The position numbers were made by a program, and so were the translations under genes. Of a stretch of DNA of 64,000 nucleotides, positions 35,051 to 47,623 are shown piece after piece (positions within the stretch are counted from its first letter, which is position 1; the number at the start of each line of letters is the position of its first letter). Under the pieces are notes generated by a model, which saw nothing but the letters and a program-made list of their open reading frames with translations, was not told the origin of the DNA and searched no databases. The stretch comes from Oopsacas minuta (lineage: Eukaryota; Animalia; Porifera), in NCBI GenBank assembly GCA_024704765.1, contig JAKMXF010000233.1:62001-126000 (forward strand). The letters are read 5' to 3'.

Positions 35051-36928
35051 TGTTCTTTATTGTTGATACTTTGTAGCTAACAATATATTCTAGGAGGAAA
35101 TAATGCTTAAAACTCTCAGGCTGGTGATAATTGTTTGGACCAAGAACAATTATGGTCAGCCATCGAATTAGAACAATGTCTAACTAATTCAATTATAACG
35201 TGTTCAGCAACTAGACATCGCTTCCAGATACGTCAACCAACAACCAGGAGGTACGGAAACATTAGGACCAGGTAGTGTCGACCATAAGTGATTCAGGAAG
35301 GGGACGAGTTATGGCATAGCAAGTTAATATTTGTAGCAAAATGTGAAGCTACATAATACATTATAGCAACATATGCTCTTTGAAAATGTTGTAATTACCC
35401 CCCTTCGTGACTACGTAATTCATAGAGTTTTGGTGCGAATAGCAATATACTTCTACGATTTCCTCGAAAAATTTCAGTTCATCAAAAATTCTTAGGATAT
35501 AGAATTTTCCAAGAATATGCAACAATGTTGCATTAATATTTACTTTTTCAGGTAACATTTTTGCAAAAAATGAACATGTTCTTATTTCCATGCAACAAAT
35601 ATATTACAGCATTACCTCTTTCATTCACGCTACAACATTGTTGCATGCAACAGAATTGCCTCAAAATTCTGAAACAAATTTTCATACAAGAATTTTGTAT
35701 CGTCTATTGCTATATAGTGGGCTAGATACTTTGATCCTGTCATCAAGGGATTTAAATATTATTGTATGTTTAAGTTGAATATAATAAAATGGGATGAATT
35801 CTCTTTGTAACCAAGGCGTCGGACACACTTCGATTTCCAGAGCATTAAAGGTTCGCGTTCCTTCTATGATTCAGGAGCGGAAGGTGGAGCGGCGCTCATA
35901 TTTAATTGCAAAGAATTATAAATTTATCAATAATCTGCATGAATTCAGTGTTGTTGCTATAAAATTGGTTCAATGGATACTTTTTCTGAATTAACAATAA
36001 CGTAAGTATGTGTTGAACTGACGTTGCACATTTAGCTATTTCCCGAATGTAAATAGTTAAATTCAATCCTGATTATTTGTAAATAAGTTGTAATACAAAT
36101 ATTGTGTAAACCTGAAAGAATGAAAAGGAGCGCAATTGGAGTGGCTCCTTTTTCAAGAATGGAACCGAGGTGGTCTCCTTTTCTGTGTAAGGAGCAGAAC
36201 CTGGAGCACTACACCTTTTCAGGGTAGGAGCGCTCAAGACTCTGTATCATGCTATCTCAGGCCTGTAGTCGTGATTATAAATTGGAAGCCAATTGACATC
36301 TCAAATATTGCTGTTCAAAGGGAACTCAATGACAGATGTCAAATTTAAGGAATTTGCTTCAATAACGTTGAACGGCACTATATCTTACCTTGAAAATACA
36401 TAAAATTATAACTGATGGCAAACGTTACCTCCTTTAGAGATGAAATCTTTCAAAATTAGACATTTATAAATAATATATATAATGTATATGTATATCCCTA
36501 TATATAATTTATATATTTAGCAAGTATGCATTTGTTAATGGCAACCTCACAAGTATAGTTCTATTTTGTCTGAAAAGTTTCTTTTTGGTTACCAATTTTC
36601 TCAATTGGTTCTAGTTACGTAAATCGTGAACAATTAAATCATAAAATGAGAAATTTGTTGAATTACAATACACTACCTTACAGGCTCTATTTTTAAGCAG
36701 TATGCATGAGCGTAAATTCCCACTTTTGAAGAATTTAGGATATATTACGGAATGTAAGCGCTGATTTTCGTATCTAATGATCAAATTTTAAGATCCCATA
36801 CTTTTTATGGATATACACTATTGGTGTATGCTATCAATTAACAAGCTTAGTCACGCGAACCTTCGTTAATATGCTATTGTACTATACTTACATTTGTATG
36901 TTATGTAAGATATTATAGTTTCATATTA

Positions 36929-37331
36929 CAGTGGCACCTCTATAAGTGGCACCTCTATAAGTGGGCACCTCTATAAGTGGGGCAATTTTGATCTACCTTC
37001 ATTCATTTTCATAGAAACGAACCTCTATAAACGGGAAATGGGGCATACTTTAGAGATAATTATGCAGCACAGCATTGAAATTTACCTCTATTAGTGGGGA
37101 TTTCTTGAATAATCAATTTTTGGCTAAATTTGGAAAACAAACGTATCTATCGCTATGATGAATTGAACTTTTTGGGATTCTCATTGAAATAACTGTCTAT
37201 GGAGGAAGTAGCTACAATATTCATTCAAAAATCTCTGTTTATAGGACATTTGGGGGTGATATTACAATTGGGGAATGGGGATTATCAGGAGATTGCCGTC
37301 CCGAACTCCCCCACCTACAGAGATTCTATTG
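36929..37331. mobile_element. pogo/Tigger-type MITE with triplicated terminal unit
   Basis: TA-cagtggcacctctataa gtggcacctctataa gtgggcacctctataa ... cacctacagagattctattg-TA. Confidence 0.6.
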
Positions 37332-37501
37332 TATATATATTTATCCGAAAGTTATGAAATCTTTTTGATATACAATTAAACCATTTTTATGATTTTGTTC
37401 AAACTTAAAACTAATATACCATAATCACTATTCACATTCAAATTCCATGATTATAATACTCAAATTATAGTGCTGCTGAGGGTACAACTTTATACAAAGT
37501 T

Positions 37502-38206
37502 ATGTTACCATTCAAACCTACTTCATCTCATTGTCTACCTCCTTTGGACATAACTATGCCATATTTACCTACACACGGACACGATGAAAACACTATCAAT
37601 TTGATTCGGAATTGGATTCGCAGTCGACCTAATTTGTCACAAAAGAAACAGTTTACTCCTAGATTTGCGTCAGAAATTACAATTCCAGTTTATAAACAAT
37701 TGAAGAGACATTGTCATGCTAAAATTGAAGAAACAAATATACAAATAATTGCACTCAAAAGGGATATGCATACAATCTCTAGAGAATTATGGTGCTTGAA
37801 GAAAGAAGAAATAGATTGCAATCTAGCAAAGATAAATGAAATAACAAGTGCTATTTCTCATCCAAAGATCATCAAGGGTATAAGGCAGAGAATTCATAAG
37901 TCTAACAGCAAACGAGCAAAATTTGGAAGATTACATCCTCAAAATGTTGGAATAATTGGGAATGAACGCACTATTGAGGCAGAATCAAAACTACATGAAT
38001 CGCATGACAAGAGCTTATCAGATGAAGAAAGAAAGATTGAAGAAATACATAATCTGCTATCAGGAATGGTTAAACTGAGAAACATGAGAAATATAAAAAG
38101 TGTTGAAACTGAATCATATGACTCTTCAACGTTTGATGAGAAGGTAAAGGAGTTTAAAGTTAAGTTAGCTGCACAGAAAGAATTATTTCGACCTGACATG
38201 ACCTAA
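37502..38206 (+). CDS. 234-aa coiled-coil protein; weak resemblance to PDCD7 (U11/U12 snRNP 59K)
   Basis: Uninterrupted ATG-TAA ORF with Pro-rich N-terminus and helical basic segments. LSDEERK...MVKLRNMR recalls, from memory, the PDCD7 LSEVRKK...EKLRKLR segment. Not verified. Confidence 0.55.
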   Translation: MLPFKPTSSHCLPPLDITMPYLPTHGHDENTINLIRNWIRSRPNLSQKKQFTPRFASEITIPVYKQLKRHCHAKIEETNIQIIALKRDMHTISRELWCLKKEEIDCNLAKINEITSAISHPKIIKGIRQRIHKSNSKRAKFGRLHPQNVGIIGNERTIEAESKLHESHDKSLSDEERKIEEIHNLLSGMVKLRNMRNIKSVETESYDSSTFDEKVKEFKVKLAAQKELFRPDMT

Positions 38207-38563
38207 TACCAAAAGATCTGTCAGATACTCAACAACGATGCCTTTTTTCCAAACCAAATATTCGTGTTTTTGCATTAAAATGAATACCATTTGTACCCTA
38301 GCTAATAAACATATATGCAAATATTTTCACATTGCGGATAAACTGTTAATTCCTTCGTTCCTTGATCCCGAAAGGAGAGTTATGTATTTATTTGTTTCTA
38401 ATTCAAATTTTGTTGGTAAGCCTGTTAGCAGTAATTATTGGTTGACTAAATCATATTAATAGAAAGGAATACTTGAGATGTGACCCGGAGAAATTCGGAA
38501 TCAGCGTCTTGAATTACCCCCTTTTGCTAGAACAATCTTCCACGATTATTCAAAGGATAATTA

Positions 38564-39874
38564 CAGGGTGTCTAATAAGTTCTGTTATACATTTTCGCGC
38601 CTTAGACAGTAGCTATTAATATACTTATGAAGTAATCTTCTAGAATTTCTTGTAGCATTTTTGGCGCTCTTTCAAATTATACCAAGTATATATCATTCAA
38701 GTTGATGATTTCCCAGAAAATCATGTTAGAAGAAATTCGTTCAAAAATTGTCACTTTTCACGAATCTGGATTTAGCAATAGTGAAATTCTAAAAAGGCTA
38801 AAAAATGATAAAGTGAGTCCCATGTTGATCTATCGCACAATAAAACGATATATAGAGACTGGCAGCGTGTCCGACAGGAAACGAATTGGTCGTCCAAGAT
38901 CCGCCCGCACACCAGCCCTGAAGAATAGTGTTAGATGTCGAATCCTAAGAAATCCCCGGCGTTCAATGCAAAAATGTCTCGTGAATTCTGTGTCAATCAC
39001 GAAACGATGCGGAAATTGGTTGTAGAGGACCTAGGAATGAAGTCCTATAAGCGGAATAACGTACACCATCTTAACGACTCCATACGTCGTAAGCGACTCG
39101 AAAGATGCATACAACTAAAAGCCCGATTCGCTCCTGGGACTGAAGATCAGATTCTCTTCTCAGATGAGAAGCTGTTCACCGTTGAGGAGGCAAGCATTCG
39201 TCAAAACGACCGTATACTTGCTTCTCGAAGTCAAGATATCCCAGATAGCATCAAGTACATTGATAGAGTCCAGAAGCCTCTTTCTCTGATGATATGGGCG
39301 GGAGTGTCGGCAGACTCACGGACAAACCTGATTTTTGTCCCCCAAGGAGTGAAAATAAACTCCCAGACGTACAGAGAACTGGTCTTGGAGCCTGAAATTG
39401 CGTCTGCGGGTGAGAAGCTCTTTCAAAACCATCCTTGGACTTACCAACAAGACTCTGCGCCTGCACATGCTTCAAAAGTATCCCAGAGTTGGTTCCGTGA
39501 GCAAAATATCGATTTCATAAGTAAGGATGAATGGCCACCATCAAGCCTAGATTTAAACCCACTCGACTATTCTGTTTGGGCAAACTTGGAGAGCAGAGCC
39601 TGTGCGAAATCTCACAAGAGTTTGGAGTCCCTCAAAGTTAGTTTGTTGAGTGAATGGCAGAAAATCCCACAGGAGGAGCTGCGAAAAGCTGTCCATCAGT
39701 TTCGGAGCAGACTAACTTCCGTAATTCATAAAAAGGGAGGCTATATTGAATGATATTTGTAATTTGTAATTAGGAACATAAGTCCTAAGAAAATGGAAAG
39801 TTTCATGGCTTTACAATGGATAAATTTGAAATTATTGGGGAATTGATATATAACAGAACTTATTAGACACCCTG
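38564..39874 (+). mobile_element. Full-length DD37D (maT/Bmmar1-type) Tc1/mariner transposon
   Basis: Perfect 26-bp TIR CAGGGTGTCTAATAAGTTCTGTTATA with TA on both sides. Transposase 38705-39753 has FSDEKLF, QQDSAPAH and, 37 residues later, LNPLDYSVW. One missing A at 38970-38974 is the only frameshift seen. Confidence 0.95.
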
Positions 39875-39960
39875 TATATAATTGGGGAAATACATATTTA
39901 TTAAATGATCCATTGTTAATTGGAAATATATTTGCTACATTTACCAATTTTCACCTCGAG

Positions 39961-40259
39961 CGGGGGTCGGCAGCCTGCGGCTCTCTGGATCCTTTCCACT
40001 GGCTTCGACAAAATATTTTATATGGAAATGAATTTGTTGTTTGTTAAGTGAGTTCTTCTTTCTTAGTCAAATGGATTCCAAACCCAAAAAAAGAAGAGTA
40101 TCGGGAGAATAATGGCTAATAATGAGATAATAAATAGGCTGTGTTACCTTCATTATATATATATATATATATACCTCAAATATGTAATGCAGCTCTTGGG
40201 CCGTTTTGTCCTTTTTTAGTGCCAAAAATGTCTGATTTATAAAGGTTGCCGATCCCTAA
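39961..40259. mobile_element. hAT-type MITE
   Basis: cgggggtcggcagcct ... aggttgccgatcccta termini; flanks acctcgag / acctagag (7/8 match, probable TSD); internal (AT)n. Confidence 0.7.
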
Positions 40260-40342
40260 ACCTAGAGGGACTTGTATTCAATAATTATTTGCTAGGACAA
40301 CTTATTAGCTTCCCACTGCAACAATTGTTAGAGAAGTGCAAT

Positions 40343-41663
40343 AAGGCTAATTCTAAATAGTGTGAGGAAGACAAACAAGATCTCATTTTATAATAATATA
40401 AGGGTGTCGGAAGACTCCCAAAGCATAAAGCTCAACTTACCTGTAATTTGTTTTATGAAAGTTTTATTAATGTTTTATAAAGCAAATAGAAATCCCATCT
40501 CAAGGCGATATAATTCTGATTTCTATAACTATGTTATGGGTTACTTTTAATAATTCTATCCCTCAATACATATAATTTCTACATTTCTTTGCTTGAATAG
40601 TATTCTATTCCTAATACTATTCTCTGAAATAAGATAATTATCAACAATGATTTACACGTATGTGTTGATTTGTATAATAAGGCAAACAACTGGCGGGACA
40701 TTTGCTTTTTAACTGGCCTAACCAATAGTGGGACAGTTTCACTTTTGCACAAGCGTTCGATGATTATGTTATAAGATAGATTCACACATAACAAACAATT
40801 ATCAAATATTCGTGACTAATATTTACATCACTTCAATATTCATGCTTCCCCCCCAGTGACCAGCTATATGTTCAACCAAATTTGTAGCCATAACTTGTAT
40901 TACAAAATTAAAAGGTTCGAACTCTTCTTGTAAGTTATGCAACTTATCCAAGAAGGGACTGTGATTGATAAAGCTTTTTCTATTACGGATCAAGTCCTAT
41001 AGGGGGATCATATTACCCCCAAGTGGTTAGATTTAGATGAAATTGCAATTTCCACATTTTAGATGGCGCTACTGATTCAGTCAAGTTTTTTGATCGTAAA
41101 TGACATTGGGTACTTTCCATTGATAACGCTGGCTAGTTTATGAAATGTGTGAGTGTTGATAAGACAACTGGAAATGTGTATATACTCTCACGCCAAGGTG
41201 TAAACGCGGTAAGATGTGAATATTCGTGGACACTCATATGTGTTACCTATTTGTTGTGTGTGATTCTCATAAGTTATAACATATTTAATATCGAACTGTC
41301 CCACTTTTGGTTAGGCCAGGACAGAAGCAAATGTCGCGACAGTTTGTCTGCTAATTATTATAGTAAACAAATCAACACTTAATATATTTTGAAATCGAAT
41401 ACGTACTACTCAAAGTTCAAACAAAGAAATGTAGAAATTGGGTGTATTGAGAATAGAATTATTAAAAGTAACCCATAATATTGTTGTAGAAATCAGAATT
41501 ATATCGCTTGAGTTGAGGTTTCTATTTGCTTTATAAAACTTAATTAAAACTTTCATAAAATAAACTACAGGTAAGTTGAGCTTTTTGCTTTGGGAGTCTT
41601 CCGACGCCCTTTTATTATAAAAATGATCTTGTTTTTCTTCTCTATAGTATATAAAACTAGCTT
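40343..41663. repeat. Long foldback inverted repeat (arms about 450 bp, diverged; spacer about 400 bp)
   Basis: 40343-40810 matches the reverse complement of about 41225-41663, e.g. gtcggaagactcccaaagcataaagctcaacttacctgta versus tacaggtaagttgagctttttgctttgggagtcttccgac. Confidence 0.85.
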
Positions 41664-42330
41664 TTTTTTTTTTCATTTCTAAACCACTGTTATAGTGGAA
41701 GCCGCTTAAACGGGACAGTTCGGTTGTGAATGAATGTGAATGTGTTGTCCAGATTAACCGAATACGATTTATTTAAGTATTCAGAACTAGTTTTTCTTGG
41801 TCTCAGATAATAACCAGAAATATCGTATTACAAAACTACTACTAAATCCTGATTATTTAGGGTCTATGAGAGATAACTCGTATTAATGTTGGTAACATGT
41901 TATCCAGAGAAATATTGGATATTTCTCGCAATTTTCTGAGGGGTTTCCCCGCTTGAGCGAAACCATATGACAATGTGTAAAGTTATCAAAATGAGACTCG
42001 AATAAAAGGGTGCTTTTTGGTGTTAACTTGGGACAGAAGAGTGCTGATGAATATTTAACCGGAATTGCTCATAATATTGCACAACCAACAAATATTTCTC
42101 TATGATTAATACTCTTAAATTTCATTTATGTACTTGTTTTGAATTTTATTAAAATAATTCATTTATTAAACCGTCAAATAATTGGCTTAATGGATTTCGC
42201 TCAAGTGGGGACAAATCTTTTCTGACACAAGCAAAATAGCGAAAATTCATTTATTTGCAAATAAAATTCGAAATCCTTGGAAAGAGTTAGAAAGGGTTGA
42301 TAAGTTTGACTGCCTCGCCTTACAGTTCCC

Positions 42331-43053
42331 ATGGCAAAAGCAAAATACCATGGAAAGTTAACGTTCGAAGAAAGAGAAACGGAATTCATCGAATATATCC
42401 GCAGCAGAGATGAGAATTCAGCTGAAAGAAAGGATGGTCGAGAAGTGCAGGAATTCTATGATCATAATGCCCAGGATTATGAAAAATTTCTCCAAAATGT
42501 AGGTTCAGTTTCTTACATTTATGGTGCTCGTGAATTCGCCAAACGGTTAAAGGGGAAGAGACTTCCTACAGACGTGAAGATAGCAGATTTTGGTGCTGGC
42601 ACAGGAAGGGTAGGACAGGAGTTGAAGGAACAACATGGGTATACTAATATTGTTGCTATGGATATTAGTCCTGGAATGTTGGATGAAGCGAAGAAGAAGG
42701 ATGCTTACAATGATTTCATAGTTAGCGATTTGAATGAAGATAACATGGAGAAATACTACAAACAATTTGACCATGCAATCAGTATTGCTTGTTTCGTATT
42801 GGGTAATTTATTACCTGATACTCTGGATAAAATAGCTAGAATCGTGAAATCAGGAGGCCTTGTATGCATTTCATTCAGAAAGCAAACTATTGAATCTGAA
42901 GAAATCGGATACAAACAGAAATTGGAGGAAATGGAAACAAAAGGAGTATGGAAAGAAATCAGTCGTGCATTAGATTATTATCAACAATTTGTACCTACTA
43001 GAGAAGGGACTAAAACTGTTAGAGCATACTACATAGTGTTCCAAGTATGTTGA
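42331..43053 (+). CDS. Class I SAM-dependent methyltransferase, METTL27/WBSCR27-like, single exon
   Basis: FYDHNAQDYE N-terminal motif, motif I IADFGAGTGRVG, acidic IVAMDISPGML, later KSGGLVCIS. Confidence 0.85.
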   Translation: MAKAKYHGKLTFEERETEFIEYIRSRDENSAERKDGREVQEFYDHNAQDYEKFLQNVGSVSYIYGAREFAKRLKGKRLPTDVKIADFGAGTGRVGQELKEQHGYTNIVAMDISPGMLDEAKKKDAYNDFIVSDLNEDNMEKYYKQFDHAISIACFVLGNLLPDTLDKIARIVKSGGLVCISFRKQTIESEEIGYKQKLEEMETKGVWKEISRALDYYQQFVPTREGTKTVRAYYIVFQVC

Positions 43054-43339
43054 AACACTCCATTATTATTATTTTTCTTCTTAATTTTGTATCAAATAAC
43101 TTATCTAGAGCTCAGCTATACTATAGTACAGTTTCTGTGTATTAGTTTTTTCTCTTCGAGGAAAGGTCATTTTTTCGGATTAATGAAAGTTAAAGCCTCC
43201 TAGTGAGTACTCCTGGCAAGCAAGCTATAACTACTAGCAAATTATTTACTTTTATAAGTTCTATATTTTCACGTAACTACGAATATTGAAATTATTCTTA
43301 ACTGCATAAAACAAATTCGCCCCCAGTGGCGATGTCGAT

Positions 43340-43550
43340 ATGTCCCTGTGCAATGTACATGCTACAATCCAATCTTCTTCAGAAACTCCTTGCCCTGAAT
43401 TCATAACTTGTGCATCATACTTATATCTTGATTTTTCGGACAGATGTTGTGGCCAATGCCCAACAAAAACTTGCCAAAAACATTGATTGTCCCGCTTTTT
43501 GTATTCCAGTCTAATGCAAATATGCTAACTACTGTAATGCCCCACTAAAC
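43340..43550 (+). pseudogene. Cys-rich coding relic (VWC/antistasin-like spacing)
   Basis: Reads ...CPEFITCASYLYLDFSDRCCGQCPTKTCQK, then after a frameshift IDCPAFCIPV*CKYANYCNAP. Confidence 0.3.
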
Positions 43551-43954
43551 TCCTACCTTCCGGCTTCCGTCCCGCTTGTTCCTTACTCAGGTTGGCGGGT
43601 TTAAGTCATATTATGATCATAAATCTATCTTATTATCTCTCATTTTTCTCAATTTTTGTTTGTATGTTCGTCCGTCGCGGCTCTTAATGTAAAATCTTAC
43701 GACTTTTTCCTTCTTTTTTTTCATGCAGAGATGCCAATTCCACGCCTTTTGAGAAGAAATTGGCATCTATGGTTGAAGTGTATAAGTTAATTTATTCACT
43801 GATCTTTGTTACTTTTATTAAATTCGCAAAAGTTTAGCTACTCGTAAGGTAAAAATTGTGTCAGTTTGAACTTTGAGCCTTACCAACCAGAAACTTGGGA
43901 TAGCAGGTTTCAGACATTCTAGAGAAGATATAACCCTGTTAATAATAAAAAGCA

Positions 43955-46900
43955 ATGGATTTACAAGAATTACTGAATTTCCAACCCTCACGTGCCACTA
44001 AACGGCCCATAGAAGTTTTAACTCCTTCCCCATCTCCCTCCCCCTCACATAAACTACAGAAACGTTCTTACAAGTACCCTCCAACTCCAGCACATTCCCT
44101 AGGTAAACCTATAAAACTATCCCATATATCATCACCAGCTGTTCTGCTTTCTCCAGTTTCTGATAAGGAACCTCCTGTTGAGGAGAATAAAGGTATTCTA
44201 TTATTATTATTATTATTATTATTATTCCCTAATCGACTAACAGGAGATTATACCAATTCTGGTTACATTACAGAGGTTATCGCTTTAAGATCACCCTTAA
44301 GAGTAGCAAAATATTTTCTTATTATATAACCGATATACTCTTATAACGGTGTATATTATATAAGAGTATATGAGAACTGTTTTCCAGAGGATGGTTCTTA
44401 TATACGATATGTTCTTATAACAAGTGTTCTTGTGAGCGATGCCCACTATACTTACATAGTATGGCCTGTATGGGCGTAGTTCTGGCTGGCCTTCACAAAT
44501 TCGTCAGTATGCTTGTTAGGGAAATTTGGTCCTTGTGAAAATTGGAATTGATCCCTTTATAGGACCAATATATTCCATGAGATATCGCCCCCAAATATGC
44601 AAAACTACAACCAGGAGGAAGTAAAACATCTGAGCAACATCCGGAAACAATCCTGACACTAATCCATATAGTAAAATCCTTAACTACAGTCCAAATGATT
44701 CATTAATCCACAATTTCAGACTAGGACCATTTTTCCACGAACATTTTGGTCCTACGACCTTTTTCACGGGACCAAATTTCAAGTGTACCAAAAATTTATA
44801 AAACTGCCTGTAAAATTTCAAAAGAGTTTCTATAGTTCTATGTACCCTAAAACTATCTCTGCTATGCACTTATTAAAGAGTATTGTCATTGTCATCTGAA
44901 GGGTGTTCGGTTGACCCATAATCCCAGATAATCAAATCCGTGAAAATTATATTCTATACGTAATAGGATGTGGCGATTCGAGCATCTGGCATGCCCGTTT
45001 GCCCCAGCCTAGGTCCGCCACTGGGTCAGATGTGTTTCAACCTACCCCCATGGGTTTCTTGCCTTTCTCATACAGGGAAAGTATAGGCGCTATGAGTTTT
45101 TTTTTACCCTCTTTGAAACTTCCTTTAGCTCATACGAATTTCATTAAGTACAACTTTCTACTTCCAATGATATTCAATTAATACTACTATAATGACATTT
45201 ACAATATATCACCCTCTTCTAGCGAAAAGTCGCAAGATAGAGGAAGAGCGTATACTTAAGCTGTTAGCTGCCGCGGAAGAGGATGACCAACTCCCTGCCC
45301 CACACGAAGAAGTGACCTTATCCTCTCTTAAGAAGTTGTTACTGAGTCTAAATAAGAAATGTACACTCAATCAACAGCTTAGAGTAAAGTACTGTGATGA
45401 AGCTACTAGGTTTATGGATTCGGAATTAGAATTGTATGAGGAGATACAACAGCTTAGAATTGTCTGTGAGTAATCCTAGTACAATATTTTAGGGCTGGGA
45501 GTATTTACTATAATATATTCTTTGTAAAGAGTAGTATCAGTGTTTGGCTACAGTAGACCTCTAGGATAATTCTTCTTTCAAATCAAATGGTATCTCTAAC
45601 GGTCAGGGAAAATCCTAATCTTTTCGAGATACTCGGTATACGAAAATGCAGATGTTGACTGTGCTTAGATATAGTATGTAAAAATTATGACGAATATAAA
45701 TATATGTGTAATTCTAAGATATATTTCATATACTTTATCAGTAGAACTTGCATAATCCGACACTCTTTGTCCTAGTGAGATTATCGAGGTGTGTGTGTGT
45801 ATTTCGATCTGCTGTCAATACATGTATGATACAGTGGAACTCGGATATGACGTAACTCGTACTACTATGAATTCTAAAATTATGGTAATTATCTATACTA
45901 TATCATGTAGCCACATGTCCAGAGCTATATCCCCAGCTGATAGAACTAGACTTCCATAACACACTACTACAACTCTTGGGACATGAAAATGCTGATATAG
46001 CTATGTGTGTGGCAGATCTGCTCAGAGAGATGTTAGATGTAGACCCATTGCATGAGGGTGTAGAAGGAGCTGAATTGTTGTCTCAACAGCTGTTAGAAGG
46101 ACAGGTTATGTCACTATTGGTTGCTCTGCTGGTTAAGCTAGATGAGAAGAATACAGAGGAATCACAGGGAGTACATAATATCCTTGGTGAGTGTTACTAT
46201 CGAATCTAGACTAGAACAGCAATATCACTTTTTTTCACATTTTAACCAGCTTTACTTTGGGAAATATTTATGTGATGCTTTGGTCCATGGTTGTATGGGC
46301 GTCTTAACTTTTGTCCTGCTCTTTGGGCTGCCAGAACACTATAAGTCAGGGCCGTTAAACCATGACCTGATACCAAAAACATTAATTCGAGCGGTTGAGA
46401 GCATGAAGTTGAGACTCAAAACACAATTTTTATTGATTTGATGAAATGTACTAGATAAATATTACAAAATATTCATAGTATGAGTCGCTAGAATGTGTTC
46501 CAGTTACGACTCCTATGACAATTATATACTTGTATCGTACGGGCCACACCGGTACAGAACTACTGCCATAGAGATTACGTAACAATAAATAGAAGTAATA
46601 GGGGTAGAGAATAGACTCCAACTACTTGATTGTTTCACATGTGTCAACTGATATTTTTATACAAAATTTTTACCCCGGATCGCCAATACGTAGTCAATAG
46701 TCTATATCGTAATGAGATATGTAACTTAAAGTGGTATGTCTGAATGCTCCTTGAATATTCGCCCTGAATTTATTGGGTAAACCTATTTTATCACTGTACT
46801 GTGTATATACAGTGTATCAATAGCATCGGTTCACAACCAAGTATTTTCTTGCACTATGTACTGCATTCCTTGCAGGGTTGTTAAAAGGTCCTACATAATC

Positions 46901-47579
46901 AGGTCAAATATTTCAAGATTTTACGCGAACTTTCAAAATCCTGTTTGGAGATTTCTCATTAGTTTACAATGAAAACACCACGGATTGATATAATCAGCGG
47001 TTCCCAGACAGCAGGAGTGTATAGGATCTATTACAATATATGGGAGAGTGTTCACAAAATGTGTAAATAATCCGCTGGATTAAATAGCGAATACAGAGAG
47101 ATTAGTGACGAGGATATTTTATAGACGTCTTAAGGTTGCTATTAACAACCTTTATCAGTAATTATCTCTATGTAATATTATTTATAAATTCGTATCATAG
47201 GTTTAGTTGAGAATATGGCAGAATTCCAGCAACAAGAAGTTCTCAACTCTTCTGGGGAACAAGGTATCCTCTTGTGGTTATTGAAGCGGATAAGATTACG
47301 TCAATTTGATGCTAACAAACTATATTCAACAGAGATACTATCTATACTACTTCAAAATAATACCGGAAACCAACAACTATTGGGTGTTAAAAATGGAATA
47401 GATTGTTTGTTAGAAGCTGTGTCTCTGTATAAGCGCAAAGAACCTGCGACTAGTGATGAGACTGAGATGGTAGAGAATCTATTTGATTGTCTTTGTATGA
47501 GTTTAACTCATCCTCCAAATAGAATTAAGTTTTTAGAAGGCGAAGGATTACAATTGATGATTTTGTTACTCAAAGATAG
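43955..47579 (+). CDS. CTNNBL1: Beta-catenin-like protein 1 (spliceosomal Prp19 complex); first four exons only
   Basis: Exons 43955-44192, 45223-45465, 45911-46186 and 47201-47579 splice in phase: MDLQELLNFQP..., RFMDSELEL, LLGHENADIA, FDANKLYSTEILSILLQ, EMVENLFDCLC, FLEGEGLQLM. No C-terminal exons recognised in the window. Confidence 0.92.
44198..44224. repeat. (TAT)n microsatellite just after the CTNNBL1 exon 1 donor
   Basis: Run of tandem TAT units; it produces the poly-Leu in the ORF track. Confidence 0.9.
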
Positions 47580-47623
47580 GTTTGTTGTTAGTATTTCTAA
47601 TGTATTTACTATTTTATACATTA

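Noticed and set aside
43955-44329. Poly-Leu hydrophobic stretch in the ORF-track protein, suggesting a TM helix
   Set aside because: It is read-through into the intron (TAT)n microsatellite after the donor at 44193.
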